This document shows positions 1 through 8,371 of a DNA stretch of 14,524 nt, in pieces. Position numbers and translations under genes: made by a program. The number at the start of each line of letters is the position of its first letter. The stretch's first letter is position 1. The stretch comes from Chlamydiia bacterium (GTDB lineage Bacteria; Chlamydiota; Chlamydiia; Chlamydiales; Parachlamydiaceae): assembly GCA_038257035.1 (NCBI GenBank), contig JBBSJT010000059.1, forward strand, positions 1 to 14,524. The letters run 5' to 3'. Under the pieces are notes generated by a model. It was not told where the DNA came from, searched no databases, and saw only the letters and a program-made list of their open reading frames with translations.

Positions 1-179
1 AAAGCAGGCCTTCAGCCTGCGATCGTAACGCACTGATACCTAGGGCGTTGCCCTAGGCTATTATAAGCCAGGGCTTTGCCCTGAAAAATCGTCTTCCAGG
101 CTGAAGGCCTGGTTTTTAATAGCCTAGGGCATCGCCCTAGGTATGATATTGTATAAAATGCAGGCTGTAGGCCTGCTTT
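1..179. repeat. REPIN-like inverted doublet of CCTAGGGC-N3-GCCCTAGG REP units (may extend beyond the window start)
   Basis: 1-20 AAAGCAGGCCTTCAGCCTGC is the reverse complement of 160-179 with 1 mismatch; hairpins CCTAGGGCGTTGCCCTAGG (39-57) and CCTAGGGCATCGCCCTAGG (123-141) lie in opposite orientation; extra small hairpin CAGGGCTTTGCCCTG (69-83). Same motifs recur at 10060-10571. Confidence 0.85.
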
Positions 180-217
180 ATAATTATCCTAAAATACTTT
201 GTTTAAGCAACTTACTC

Positions 218-235
218 CTTAGCTTAATGCGTATG
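218..235. mobile_element. Possible right terminal inverted repeat of an IS4-like MITE whose left end is outside the window
   Basis: CTTAGCTTAATGCGTATG matches the reverse complement of the 10191-10208 TIR (CTTAACTTGATGACATTG) at 12/18; it ends 56 nt beyond the REP doublet, similar to the 49-64 nt spacing in the 10191-10480 element. Confidence 0.45.
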
Positions 236-316
236 CGCGACAGCGATCCTGCATATCCTGTTAAAAATCTCACATGTTAATAAATAGTCTGTTTATCTGC
301 ATCTTTCATATCTTTG

Positions 317-2029
317 TTATTGTCTCCGATATTGTTGCAGAAATTTACGTCGTAGTAATCCACCGGGATCATCTTTGATGCGATCAAGCAGCCGATCATC
401 CATCTTTTTCTGAGTATCTTCTTTGGCTTCACAAGCCTCTTTGTTTTCCTGATCGTTACTTTCAGGCTCTTCTAGATCATCTTTTTGCTCATTATCATCA
501 TTTTCTTCATTCTTTTGCTGATCTTTATCAGGATTTTGTTTATCTTCATCTTCTTGGTCTTTTTGATTATTTTTATCTTTGGGGTTATCTTGATTATCGC
601 TTTTCTTTTGATTTTCTTGATCTGGTTTGTTTTGTTCCGATTGGTCCGGGTCGTTCTCTTTATTTGTCTCTTTTTTGTCTTGATTATCTTGATTCGACTT
701 TTCGTCTTTAGATTTTTGTTCCTCAATTAATTTCTTATTGAAAAGAGCATCTTCATGCTCAGGATCCATTTCAAGAACCTTTGAATAGGCGTTGAGTGCT
801 TCTTCAAAATCCCCTAATTTTGCTCGTGCCGTTCCATAATTATATAATCCATCTACCGAATCATTTTCTTTAAATAGTGCGGAAGCCGCTTCATATTCTT
901 CTAACTTATAATGAGCACAAGCTTTCCAGTCCGGATTTTCAAATAAATTTTTAGCTTCCTCATAATTATTTTCCTGAAACAAGGCTTCAGCTTTTTCATC
1001 GTTGGATTCAAAAAGGCTTCCAAAACAAATGTGTGGAATAAATATCAGCGACAACAAAATGCCTCTTCGAAATAAAAGAGAGATAAAGGGCAATGCAATA
1101 AGTACAAGTAAATAACCTTGGTCCTGCCATTTTTTAGCCCCCATTTTGGACTCATCCTTTTTTACATTCGATTGATTACTGAATTCTTTGGCAAGCAATA
1201 GGACATCGCTATCGTCTACTTTTAAATCGAGGTAAAGCCCATTACCATTTGCTAATTTTTTTAAATTTTTAACTGGTAATTTTGTTGTTAAAATGCCACC
1301 TTTTGCATCTTTCAAGAAGCCCCCCGCCGGATTCAAAACAGGTGTTGGATTTTCGGTTCCAACTCCAAGAATTGATAATTTAAACTTGAGCTTTTGAATC
1401 AAGTCCAAAGATTTAGTCAAATCATCGTCTGATAATTGTGATGTGATCAGCAAGATAGAGCCATTTATAACCCCTGCTTGGTTAAGTAATTCCGATGCTT
1501 TTTGGAGGGCTTTTGTAACATTGTGCCCCCTTGATGGCATGATGCTCGTATCTAAGGCAGATAACTGAGATTGAATCGTTGCATGATCGTCCGTTAAGGG
1601 AGTGACCATGAAGGGATTGGCAGAAAAAACAAGCAATGCCGTCTGACTGCCCTTTCTTTGTTCTAGAATGTCATTAATCTTGTAGATAGCACGCTTTAAT
1701 CTTGATGGCTTGATATCTTCTGAATTCATTGCGTCTGATAGGTCTAAAGCAATAACAAGCCCGTCTCTTGGTTTAAAAACGGGTTGAAAAGACTCCTTCC
1801 AAGAGGGGCCTGCCATTGCAGTAACCAACCATGAAAAAAGAGCAAACATAAAAAACGAAAAAGATAAATTTTTTTTTGTTTTTTTAACAATGACATAAGG
1901 CAAAAGTTCTTTTGAGCAAATTTTGTCCCAGCAGCTTCTGTTCTTTTTTCGCAAAAATAAGATCAGCCCCAATATCAGCGGTATAAAGAGATAAAAAAAA
2001 TAAGGACGTAAAAAATGAAGTTCATTCAT
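317..2029 (-). CDS. batB: BatB-like membrane protein: VWA domain + TPR + acidic/Q/K-rich low-complexity linker
   Basis: N-term MNELHFLRP plus TM segments, AMAGPSW, VWA (LDLSDAM...DIKPSRLKRA...TPLTDD), WQDQGY motif, TPR (YNYGTARAKLGDFEEALNAYSKVLEMDPEHEDALFN), C-term DDPGGLLRRKF. ATG at 2029 overlaps the batA stop (ATGA), so it is preferred to the track start 2092. Confidence 0.88.
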   Translation of the reverse strand: MNELHFLRPYFFYLFIPLILGLILFLRKKNRSCWDKICSKELLPYVIVKKTKKNLSFSFFMFALFSWLVTAMAGPSWKESFQPVFKPRDGLVIALDLSDAMNSEDIKPSRLKRAIYKINDILEQRKGSQTALLVFSANPFMVTPLTDDHATIQSQLSALDTSIMPSRGHNVTKALQKASELLNQAGVINGSILLITSQLSDDDLTKSLDLIQKLKFKLSILGVGTENPTPVLNPAGGFLKDAKGGILTTKLPVKNLKKLANGNGLYLDLKVDDSDVLLLAKEFSNQSNVKKDESKMGAKKWQDQGYLLVLIALPFISLLFRRGILLSLIFIPHICFGSLFESNDEKAEALFQENNYEEAKNLFENPDWKACAHYKLEEYEAASALFKENDSVDGLYNYGTARAKLGDFEEALNAYSKVLEMDPEHEDALFNKKLIEEQKSKDEKSNQDNQDKKETNKENDPDQSEQNKPDQENQKKSDNQDNPKDKNNQKDQEDEDKQNPDKDQQKNEENDDNEQKDDLEEPESNDQENKEACEAKEDTQKKMDDRLLDRIKDDPGGLLRRKFLQQYRRQ

Positions 2030-2991
2030 ATAACCTTTAAGCGATAAAAAATTAATAAAAATGAGCCTACTAATGCAAAGATAAGCGGCCAATAGTAGAG
2101 AGTGACAATCGGAATATAATGTTGATTTGATTCACGACTTTCCAAACGATCAATTTCCTTATAAATTTGATCAAGCTCTTTTGTATTATAAGCTCGGAAA
2201 TATTTTCCGCCTGTTTTATCTGCCATTGATTTTAAAGCTTTTTCGTCAATATCTCCTGACGTTGCCATTCCTGCAAATTGCGGCCGACCATTATTCTTAG
2301 AACCAATGGCCACTGTATGAATTTTTAAATTGGCGTTAGCGGCAATTTGGGCAGCTTTTTCAGGCGTTAAATTCCCGGTGTTGTTGTTACCGTCTGTTAG
2401 TAAAATTAAAACTCTTGATGCAACCGAGCTATCTTTTAAATGTTTGATCGCAAGTCCAACCGCATCTCCAATAGCGGTTTCAGTTCCTGCAAGTCCAAGC
2501 TCCGTTTCTTTAAGCAATTGTTTTACGGCAATGCGATCAAATGTTAAGGGGGCTTGCAAATAAACTTCACTGCCAAATAAAACGAGGCCTATGCGATCGC
2601 CATGTCTTCTGTCAATAAAGTCACTTGCCATCAATTTCAAAGCTGATAATCGGTCCATGTATTTGCCATTAACGACAAAATCCTTAATTTGCATGCTGCC
2701 CGAAAGATCTACTGCAAGCATGATGTCTCTACCCTCTTCCGTTAACTGAATCGGCTCGCCAATAAATTCCGGATTTGCAGCAGAAATTAAAAACAGTCCC
2801 CATGTTAAAATACTTAAAATGGAAAGTGGCTTTGATAAGACTCTTGGTTTCTTAAAAGAAAATCCGGAAAAATCTTTAAAATCAGGCACTTTTAAGGCGA
2901 CGCTTATCTCTTCCTTTTTTGGAAAAAAACGATATACAAGCCATGGAAGAGGCAATAGCAAGAAAACTTGAGGAAAACCAAACTGGATCAT
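2026..2991 (-). CDS. batA: BatA-like VWA domain membrane protein
   Basis: GRDIMLAVDLSGSM (intact MIDAS DxSxS), DRIGLVLFG, QAPLTFD, TAIGDA, LILLTDG, TGGKYFRA; N- and C-terminal TM segments. ATG at 2991 overlaps the upstream stop (ATGA). Confidence 0.92.
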   Translation of the reverse strand: MIQFGFPQVFLLLPLPWLVYRFFPKKEEISVALKVPDFKDFSGFSFKKPRVLSKPLSILSILTWGLFLISAANPEFIGEPIQLTEEGRDIMLAVDLSGSMQIKDFVVNGKYMDRLSALKLMASDFIDRRHGDRIGLVLFGSEVYLQAPLTFDRIAVKQLLKETELGLAGTETAIGDAVGLAIKHLKDSSVASRVLILLTDGNNNTGNLTPEKAAQIAANANLKIHTVAIGSKNNGRPQFAGMATSGDIDEKALKSMADKTGGKYFRAYNTKELDQIYKEIDRLESRESNQHYIPIVTLYYWPLIFALVGSFLLIFYRLKVI

Positions 2992-3458
2992 AATGTATTT
3001 ACCCATCTTGATGTAAGCTTCAGCAATTCAACAACTTGAGATTTATCAACCTTTGGTTGATAGGGTGATGTCAATAAAAGCTTTCCTACCCCCTGGCTAA
3101 ACTCATTAGAATTTAAGGGCTTATCAAGAAGCTGTAACCAGGCTACACCTGTTAAACCGGCGTTATTTTCGCTTTTACTTAAGACCAATCTACGTAAAAA
3201 AGCGGATAAATCTGCCATGCATTTCGCGGCGTTTTCGGTATTTTGAAAATTTTCTTCAATGCTTTGCAAAATTTCTTTTGCTTGTTTTTTTAAAGTGGGT
3301 CTTAAAATCCATCTAGTCATTTTACGAATCGCGAAAAAAGCTAAAATCAAAAAAACCAATGCAACAATAAAAATGGTTATATATAAAAACCATGGCATTG
3401 ATGAAACGCTTTGAGGCAAATGAATATCTCTTAAAGGTAATTCTATTTTTTCATTCAT
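2988..3458 (-). CDS. DUF4381-family small membrane protein of moxR/bat operons
   Basis: LPLRDIHLP..VS..PW N-terminal signature, one TM helix, LS.FLRR, AGLTG.AWL..LD and PYQ motifs; canonical position between DUF58 and batA. Confidence 0.85.
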   Translation of the reverse strand: MNEKIELPLRDIHLPQSVSSMPWFLYITIFIVALVFLILAFFAIRKMTRWILRPTLKKQAKEILQSIEENFQNTENAAKCMADLSAFLRRLVLSKSENNAGLTGVAWLQLLDKPLNSNEFSQGVGKLLLTSPYQPKVDKSQVVELLKLTSRWVNTL

Positions 3459-4381
3459 CTAAATTCATTCTTTAAAAATGTTAAAGCATCTTCTTCTGTA
3501 GAGCATTCCATAAAATGAGCTTTAGTTTTACTGCAAAGCTCACTAAGTCCTTTTTTTCGCTCTAAAAACAACTTTTGATATTGCTCTAAAAAATTTTTAT
3601 CATACCCATCAATTCTTATTTGTTGATTTTGGTCACAGATTGGATAACTTCCATTTTTCGGGAAACTTACCTCTAGAGCATCATAAACAAGAATCAGATA
3701 AAGCTTTGTGGATAAAGCTATTTGCATCAGTAAACTTTTGGCATAAGAAGAAAGATAACGAAAGTCACTGATGATAAAACATAAGGTTCCTGCAGTTGCC
3801 ATGCACTTAACTTTTTCAATAGCTTTATCCAAGACAGCTTCTTTTAATTCTTCAGAAACGCTACTTTTATGATGCTGACCTGATTGATTTTCAAGTTCAT
3901 GCAAAATTGGCAATAAACCTTTTTTTCCAAGTCTAGGGGCTATTTCAATAAAAGCATTTTCATCAAAAATTAATCCGCCGATCTGATCCCCTTTTAAAGC
4001 TGCATGCCACCCAATATTTGCTGCAATCAATGCGGTTTGTACGGTTTTGAAAACGCCTTTTGTTGCAAAGTACATGTTGGATCTCATGTCGATTGAAACA
4101 ATCACTTTCCTGGTTCTTTCCGCAGTAAAAAGCTTTGTGTGTGCCTTTCCTGTCCTTGCAGTTACTTTCCAATCAATGTTTCTAACATCATCGCCTGCAT
4201 AATAACGACGGCTTTCAGCAAATTCCATCCCTCTTGCAAGGAGCTTTGTTTGCTGCTCTCCGACCAGATGATTTTTTGCTTTAAGTTTAGAAAGGCAAAA
4301 CATTTTACTATTTTTTTTTAGCTGCAACAACTCATCCAAAGTAACAAAAACTGCTGATTTTGTAGCTGTTTCCATCATCAT
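3455..4381 (-). CDS. DUF58-family (VWA-like) MoxR partner
   Basis: GMEFAESRRYYAGDDVRNIDWKVTARTGKAHTKLF signature, IISDF motif; directly downstream of moxR with ATGA overlap. Confidence 0.93.
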   Translation of the reverse strand: MMMETATKSAVFVTLDELLQLKKNSKMFCLSKLKAKNHLVGEQQTKLLARGMEFAESRRYYAGDDVRNIDWKVTARTGKAHTKLFTAERTRKVIVSIDMRSNMYFATKGVFKTVQTALIAANIGWHAALKGDQIGGLIFDENAFIEIAPRLGKKGLLPILHELENQSGQHHKSSVSEELKEAVLDKAIEKVKCMATAGTLCFIISDFRYLSSYAKSLLMQIALSTKLYLILVYDALEVSFPKNGSYPICDQNQQIRIDGYDKNFLEQYQKLFLERKKGLSELCSKTKAHFMECSTEEDALTFLKNEFR

Positions 4382-5403
4382 GGCACCGGCACGCGTCTGA
4401 TGAGTTCATCAATAAATTTATCTTGTGTAATCCCTTCAGCCTCAGCTTTATAAGACAAAATTACACGGTGACGAAGAACATCATGTGCCATTGCCTGCAC
4501 ATGGTCCGGGCCTACAAAATCTGAACCTTCCAAAAAGGCAAGAGCTTTTGCAGCTCTTGCAAGACAAATCCCACCGCGTGGGCTTGCACCAAATTGCACG
4601 TAATTGGCAATGTCTTTGCCATAATTTTTTGGGTTTCGTGTAGCAGCAATCAGTTGTATGATGTATTCTTGAATGTTTTTTGCCATATAAACATCTAAAA
4701 CTGCCTCTCTTGCTAGCAGAAGATCTGATTGAGAGAGTTTTTCCGGCATCGTAAGCTTAGCAAATGGCTTTTGGTTATATTCATTTTTCGCTTCACCTAA
4801 AACAAGACTCAACATTTCCATTTCTTTTTCAGGCGATGGATAATCAACATTAACTTTCAAAAGAAAACGATCCAACTGCGCTTCAGGAAGCGGATAAGTC
4901 CCTTCTTGTTCTATTGGGTTTTGTGTGGCCATCACTAAAAAGAGCTTTGGCAATGTATAAGTTTTTTTTCCAACGGTAATTTGTCTTTCGGCCATAGCTT
5001 CCAGTAAAGCGGACTGAACTTTTGCAGGAGCACGATTGATTTCATCTGCCAAAATTAAATTATGGAAAATGGGTCCTTGCTGAAACTCGAAAGTACCTGT
5101 TTCCATTCTGTAAATTTCTGTTCCAATTAAATCTGCAGGCAATAAATCGGGGGTGAATTGCAAACGGTGAAAGCTTGAATCAATAGCAGAACAAAGCATT
5201 TTAATTGCACGTGTTTTAGCAAGGCCTGGAGCTCCTTCAACAAGCAAATGGCCATCGGCCAATAGTGCTATCATCAAGCTTCTTACAAGATCTTCCTGTC
5301 CGATAATCATTTTATTTAGGAATTGAATAACCTCTTGGATAGGTTCTAAAAGCTGTTTATTTCGATTAACCTTTTTTACATCATCTATTTGACAATCTAT
5401 CAT
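4378..5403 (-). CDS. moxR: MoxR-family AAA+ ATPase
   Basis: Walker A GAPGLAKT, RLQFTPDLLPADLIG, Walker B LADEINRAPAKVQSALLEAM, ATQNPIEQEGTYPLPEAQLDRF, GASPR. ATG at 5403 is preceded by a GGAGG Shine-Dalgarno; the track start 5418 is the alternative. Confidence 0.96.
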   Translation of the reverse strand: MIDCQIDDVKKVNRNKQLLEPIQEVIQFLNKMIIGQEDLVRSLMIALLADGHLLVEGAPGLAKTRAIKMLCSAIDSSFHRLQFTPDLLPADLIGTEIYRMETGTFEFQQGPIFHNLILADEINRAPAKVQSALLEAMAERQITVGKKTYTLPKLFLVMATQNPIEQEGTYPLPEAQLDRFLLKVNVDYPSPEKEMEMLSLVLGEAKNEYNQKPFAKLTMPEKLSQSDLLLAREAVLDVYMAKNIQEYIIQLIAATRNPKNYGKDIANYVQFGASPRGGICLARAAKALAFLEGSDFVGPDHVQAMAHDVLRHRVILSYKAEAEGITQDKFIDELIRRVPVP

Positions 5404-5500
5404 AATGTTTACCTCCATAAAGCACTAGCTTTTATCAAAAACCTATACCTTTTTTCAAGTCTTTTTTTTGGATGCGACCGTTGTTGATGATTTTTTTTAC

Positions 5501-5711
5501 CGCTTAGGAGGACCTTTTAACCGCGAAGGCCGCGAAGAAAGACGCGAAGAAGCGCGAAGAAACGCGGCTTATGCCGCGAAAAAAAATATGCTTTGATATC
5601 TCATTTAAAGGCAATTGATAAAACCTTAAAACCAACCTTCTTTCTCGCGCTTTTAAGCGCGCTTCTTCGCGAACCTTCGCGGCCTTCGCGTTAAAATCGT
5701 CCCCCTTAGCG
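5501..5711. repeat. GC-rich palindromic element built of CGCGAAG units
   Basis: Left arm 5501-5556 (...TTTTAACCGCGAAGGCCGCGAAGAAAGACGCGAAGAAGCGCG) is an imperfect inverted repeat of 5658-5711 (CGCGCTTCTTCGCGAACCTTCGCGGCCTTCGCGTTAAAA...); inner hairpins CGCGGC-TTAT-GCCGCG (5563-5578) and CGCGCTT-TT-AAGCGCG (5646-5661). Confidence 0.8.
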
Positions 5712-5728
5712 ATGGAGCTTGGGTTTGA

Positions 5729-6634
5729 TTAGCGTCGTTCCCAGCGCCAGCAGTTGAAGGTTTTATTGGGTCGATTGGTGAGGATCTCATGCAAATCGCT
5801 TATAAATAGCGCATCGTCTATTGTTTTCCATTTACTTAAAGGTAGGTTTGATCTGTCACCTTCCTGGACACAAACATGCTGAATACGTGGGTTATCAATT
5901 ATTGCTTTAAAAACCGGCAACAAATTTAGAGTCCCAAAACTACAACAAGCAATTTTTACGTAGTGAATGGATTGATTCTTTTTGAATACACTAACAAGAG
6001 ATCGCATGACTGTATTTATATTTTTATAGTCTTTATTAAAGCTTAAAGCAAGATTTTGGGAACTTATCTCATTATCCCTTAGCATTTTTAAAAACAACAT
6101 CATGAGCTTATAATCAACAATATGCCTTGTTGCATGGTTTGGATTTCTTATAAGTGCAGGAGAACATAAACCGTTCATCGGATTTGCAGTTAATAGCATT
6201 TGCCTTGGCAACAATTTATCTTCAAAAAAAGGGAGAGTTTCCATGTTCCTTTTAACAAACCAAAAATCTACTTTTTCAAGCATAAAGCAAATAGCATCTC
6301 TTAAAACTTGAGCTCGCTCTTCAGATTTATCAGGTAATGAATTAATTTTGTCAAAAAAAGGTAGGCATCTCTCGTAATTATAAGGATCCCTATTGATGAT
6401 TTTGGAAAGAATATACTCTAAATTTTCTTGGGGTTTGGCAAAAATTGCCATCTGGGCTATTGGTTCAATTTTTTTACAAGTCAATTGAAGTGACTTCACA
6501 TTTGTGATGCTTAAATTTTTCATTACTTCCTGTAATATTTCAGGAGGCAAGATGGAAAAATTATCGTTTGCAGGAGTTATGAAAGGCTTCAAGACATATT
6601 CAACGGGTGAAAAAAAATAGTCGAAAAAAAACAT
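5729..6634 (-). CDS. F-box-like / RNI-LRR-like putative effector, array paralogue 1
   Basis: FSILPPEILQEVMKNLSITNVKSLQLTCKK F-box pattern; family motif SEERAQVLRDAIC; C-terminal FKKNQSIHYVKI / IIDNPRIQHVCV repeats; terminal WRWER. Confidence 0.75.
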   Translation of the reverse strand: MFFFDYFFSPVEYVLKPFITPANDNFSILPPEILQEVMKNLSITNVKSLQLTCKKIEPIAQMAIFAKPQENLEYILSKIINRDPYNYERCLPFFDKINSLPDKSEERAQVLRDAICFMLEKVDFWFVKRNMETLPFFEDKLLPRQMLLTANPMNGLCSPALIRNPNHATRHIVDYKLMMLFLKMLRDNEISSQNLALSFNKDYKNINTVMRSLVSVFKKNQSIHYVKIACCSFGTLNLLPVFKAIIDNPRIQHVCVQEGDRSNLPLSKWKTIDDALFISDLHEILTNRPNKTFNCWRWERR

Positions 6635-6636
6635 AA

Positions 6637-7092
6637 TTATAATTGTATTTGGTTATCTATTTCATCTAGATCTGCAACGTGAAAAACGGCACAATCTGTT
6701 CCTTTATCCTCAATGATAGAGAGATATTCAATCATGCTTATAGTCGGGTTTTGATCTTTTATTTGTCCATGAAATTCATCAAATGAAAAATTCCACTGAT
6801 CCATTTGGAAGATATGAAAAAAGATTTCTTTTGGAAGGAACGAAAAAATTGAGCTTTGCGCTTGATAACTTATAATTAATGGGGACCACTTTCTAAAAGT
6901 CAGCTCTTTATGATGATGCAGAGCATCTTCATAACACTGTTCCAAGAATGTTATGGAAATTCTTGAGGACTCTATAATTTTTGCAAATGGGTGTGATTTG
7001 TGATTTAAGATGAATTGCCCATACACATCTCTTAGCAAATCCCTTGTTAATTCATTTTCTGTATAAGGGTTTAAGTATCTTGCCAGCATCAT
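6637..7092 (-). CDS. Hypothetical protein with an internal F-box-like segment
   Basis: Open frame; ATG at 7092 follows AAAGGA (track start is TTG 7122); contains SIFSFLPKEIFFHIFQM; stop is 2 nt from the next ATG at 6634. Confidence 0.6.
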   Translation of the reverse strand: MMLARYLNPYTENELTRDLLRDVYGQFILNHKSHPFAKIIESSRISITFLEQCYEDALHHHKELTFRKWSPLIISYQAQSSIFSFLPKEIFFHIFQMDQWNFSFDEFHGQIKDQNPTISMIEYLSIIEDKGTDCAVFHVADLDEIDNQIQL

Positions 7093-7156
7093 AAAAGTTC
7101 CTTTTTGCTGACATCCTAGCAAAAGACGTCATTTTCAACAATATAGCTTTTTTTTC

Positions 7157-7177
7157 CTAAGGTCCTTCGGACCTTAG
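7157..7177. repeat. Perfect 9-bp stem hairpin in intergenic space
   Basis: CTAAGGTCC-TTC-GGACCTTAG, 40 nt downstream of the 7217 stop; no U-tract follows it on either strand. Confidence 0.6.
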
Positions 7178-7216
7178 CAAAAGAGATAAAAAGATTGTAA
7201 ACCAAAAATTTACAAC

Positions 7217-8173
7217 TTAACCATTCTTGCAGTGGGGCTTACATTCACCTCTATTCCACCAAAATAAATCTGTTTGTCTATGACAAGTTCCTAAAGGCCC
7301 TAATTCCCTATTTACAATTTCGAAAAGTTTATCATAATGGTCTAATTGCTTTTTTGGTAAAAATTTTAGAAGTTCTGCCATATACCATTCTCCATATTGG
7401 TCCATCTCTGTTTCAGCAATATAAACTGTTTTTATGCATTGATTGGTTTTTATAACTTCAACGATTGTTTGAATATCCGCATATTCCCACTTATCAAGTA
7501 TTAATTTTAATGTTTTAAGTGTCTGACTTTCCTCAATTGCCTCTTTTAACACTATAAAGGATTTGTTCAATGATGTGCCAAAAGCCTTTAATGAAAGATA
7601 TGTGGCATTAAGTAAATTTTTCTTTAACATTTTAGATACTAGCATCGTGGTCTTATAATCAACTAATCCTTTAACAGAATGAATGCAAATTTCACCGCGT
7701 TCAAAATTTTTCTTAATTACTTGGATGGGCAAATATTTATCCTCGTAAAAAGTATGCGAATCCATTAATTCTAAAAAAGTAAACCACTCCCTATTGACAA
7801 AATTAGAGCAAATAGAGTCTCGTAATGCTTGGCATTTTTCAGTGGAATAATTTTGAGCAATTTTTATCTTTTCCTTAAGAGCATTATAATTCTTGGGAAG
7901 CCCAATCCACTTGAATTTATCTGTTACCTTTTCCTCAAGATTACAAAGAATATTTTCTAAATTTTTTTGGGTTCTTTCAAGATTTGCTTCTCCTACACGT
8001 TTTACATTTTTTAGGCTTGTTGATTCAAGCGACCAAACATCTTGTATGGGTAAAATACTCATTACTACTTTTAAGATATCATTTGGCAGTCTAGCGATAT
8101 GATCATCACCAACAGCAACGTCGGTTCCCAAAACTTCTGGCATACTATAAGACAAGAAATCTGATAGATTCAT
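7217..8173 (-). CDS. F-box-like / RNI-LRR-like putative effector, array paralogue 2
   Basis: IARLPNDILKVVMSILPIQDVWSLESTS; NYSTEKCQALRDSIC; LKEAIEESQTLKTLKL, IKTNQCIKTVYIAE, NRELGP; AGAGG SD. Confidence 0.75.
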   Translation of the reverse strand: MNLSDFLSYSMPEVLGTDVAVGDDHIARLPNDILKVVMSILPIQDVWSLESTSLKNVKRVGEANLERTQKNLENILCNLEEKVTDKFKWIGLPKNYNALKEKIKIAQNYSTEKCQALRDSICSNFVNREWFTFLELMDSHTFYEDKYLPIQVIKKNFERGEICIHSVKGLVDYKTTMLVSKMLKKNLLNATYLSLKAFGTSLNKSFIVLKEAIEESQTLKTLKLILDKWEYADIQTIVEVIKTNQCIKTVYIAETEMDQYGEWYMAELLKFLPKKQLDHYDKLFEIVNRELGPLGTCHRQTDLFWWNRGECKPHCKNG

Positions 8174-8203
8174 AAAACCTCTTAAAACATAATCATTAAA
8201 AGT

Positions 8204-8232
8204 AATTTAATCCATCACCTAATGGAAGTAAA
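8204..8232 (-). promoter_or_regulatory. Putative sigma66/sigma70-type promoter of paralogue 2
   Basis: TTTACT-N17-TAAATT on the minus strand, at a position equivalent to the TTTACA-N17 boxes before three other paralogues. Confidence 0.4.
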
Positions 8233-8310
8233 GTAAGATTGCTATAAGGCCAGCTCTCTTGCATTCTTTGAAAACCGTCCATCCTCCTTTTTAAAAAGTA
8301 TTTCGAAAGG

Positions 8311-8367
8311 TATAGGTAATATACACATTATATAGGTAATGGCACGACCTTTCATTACCTATATAAT
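8311..8367. promoter_or_regulatory. Operator-like perfect 15-bp inverted repeat plus extra half-site
   Basis: ATTATATAGGTAATG (8327-8341) / CATTACCTATATAAT (8353-8367), 11-nt spacer; TATAGGTAAT repeated at 8311-8320. Confidence 0.55.
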
Positions 8368-8371
8368 CTCT

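Noticed and set aside
472..730. ORFs 472-726 (-) and 485-730 (+), K/I-rich and F/I/L-rich
   Set aside because: Shadow frames of the low-complexity K/D/E/N/Q linker of batB.
2330..4321. ORFs 2330-2563 (+), 3963-4172 (-), 4139-4321 (+)
   Set aside because: Fully inside well-supported batA and DUF58 genes; no recognisable motifs.
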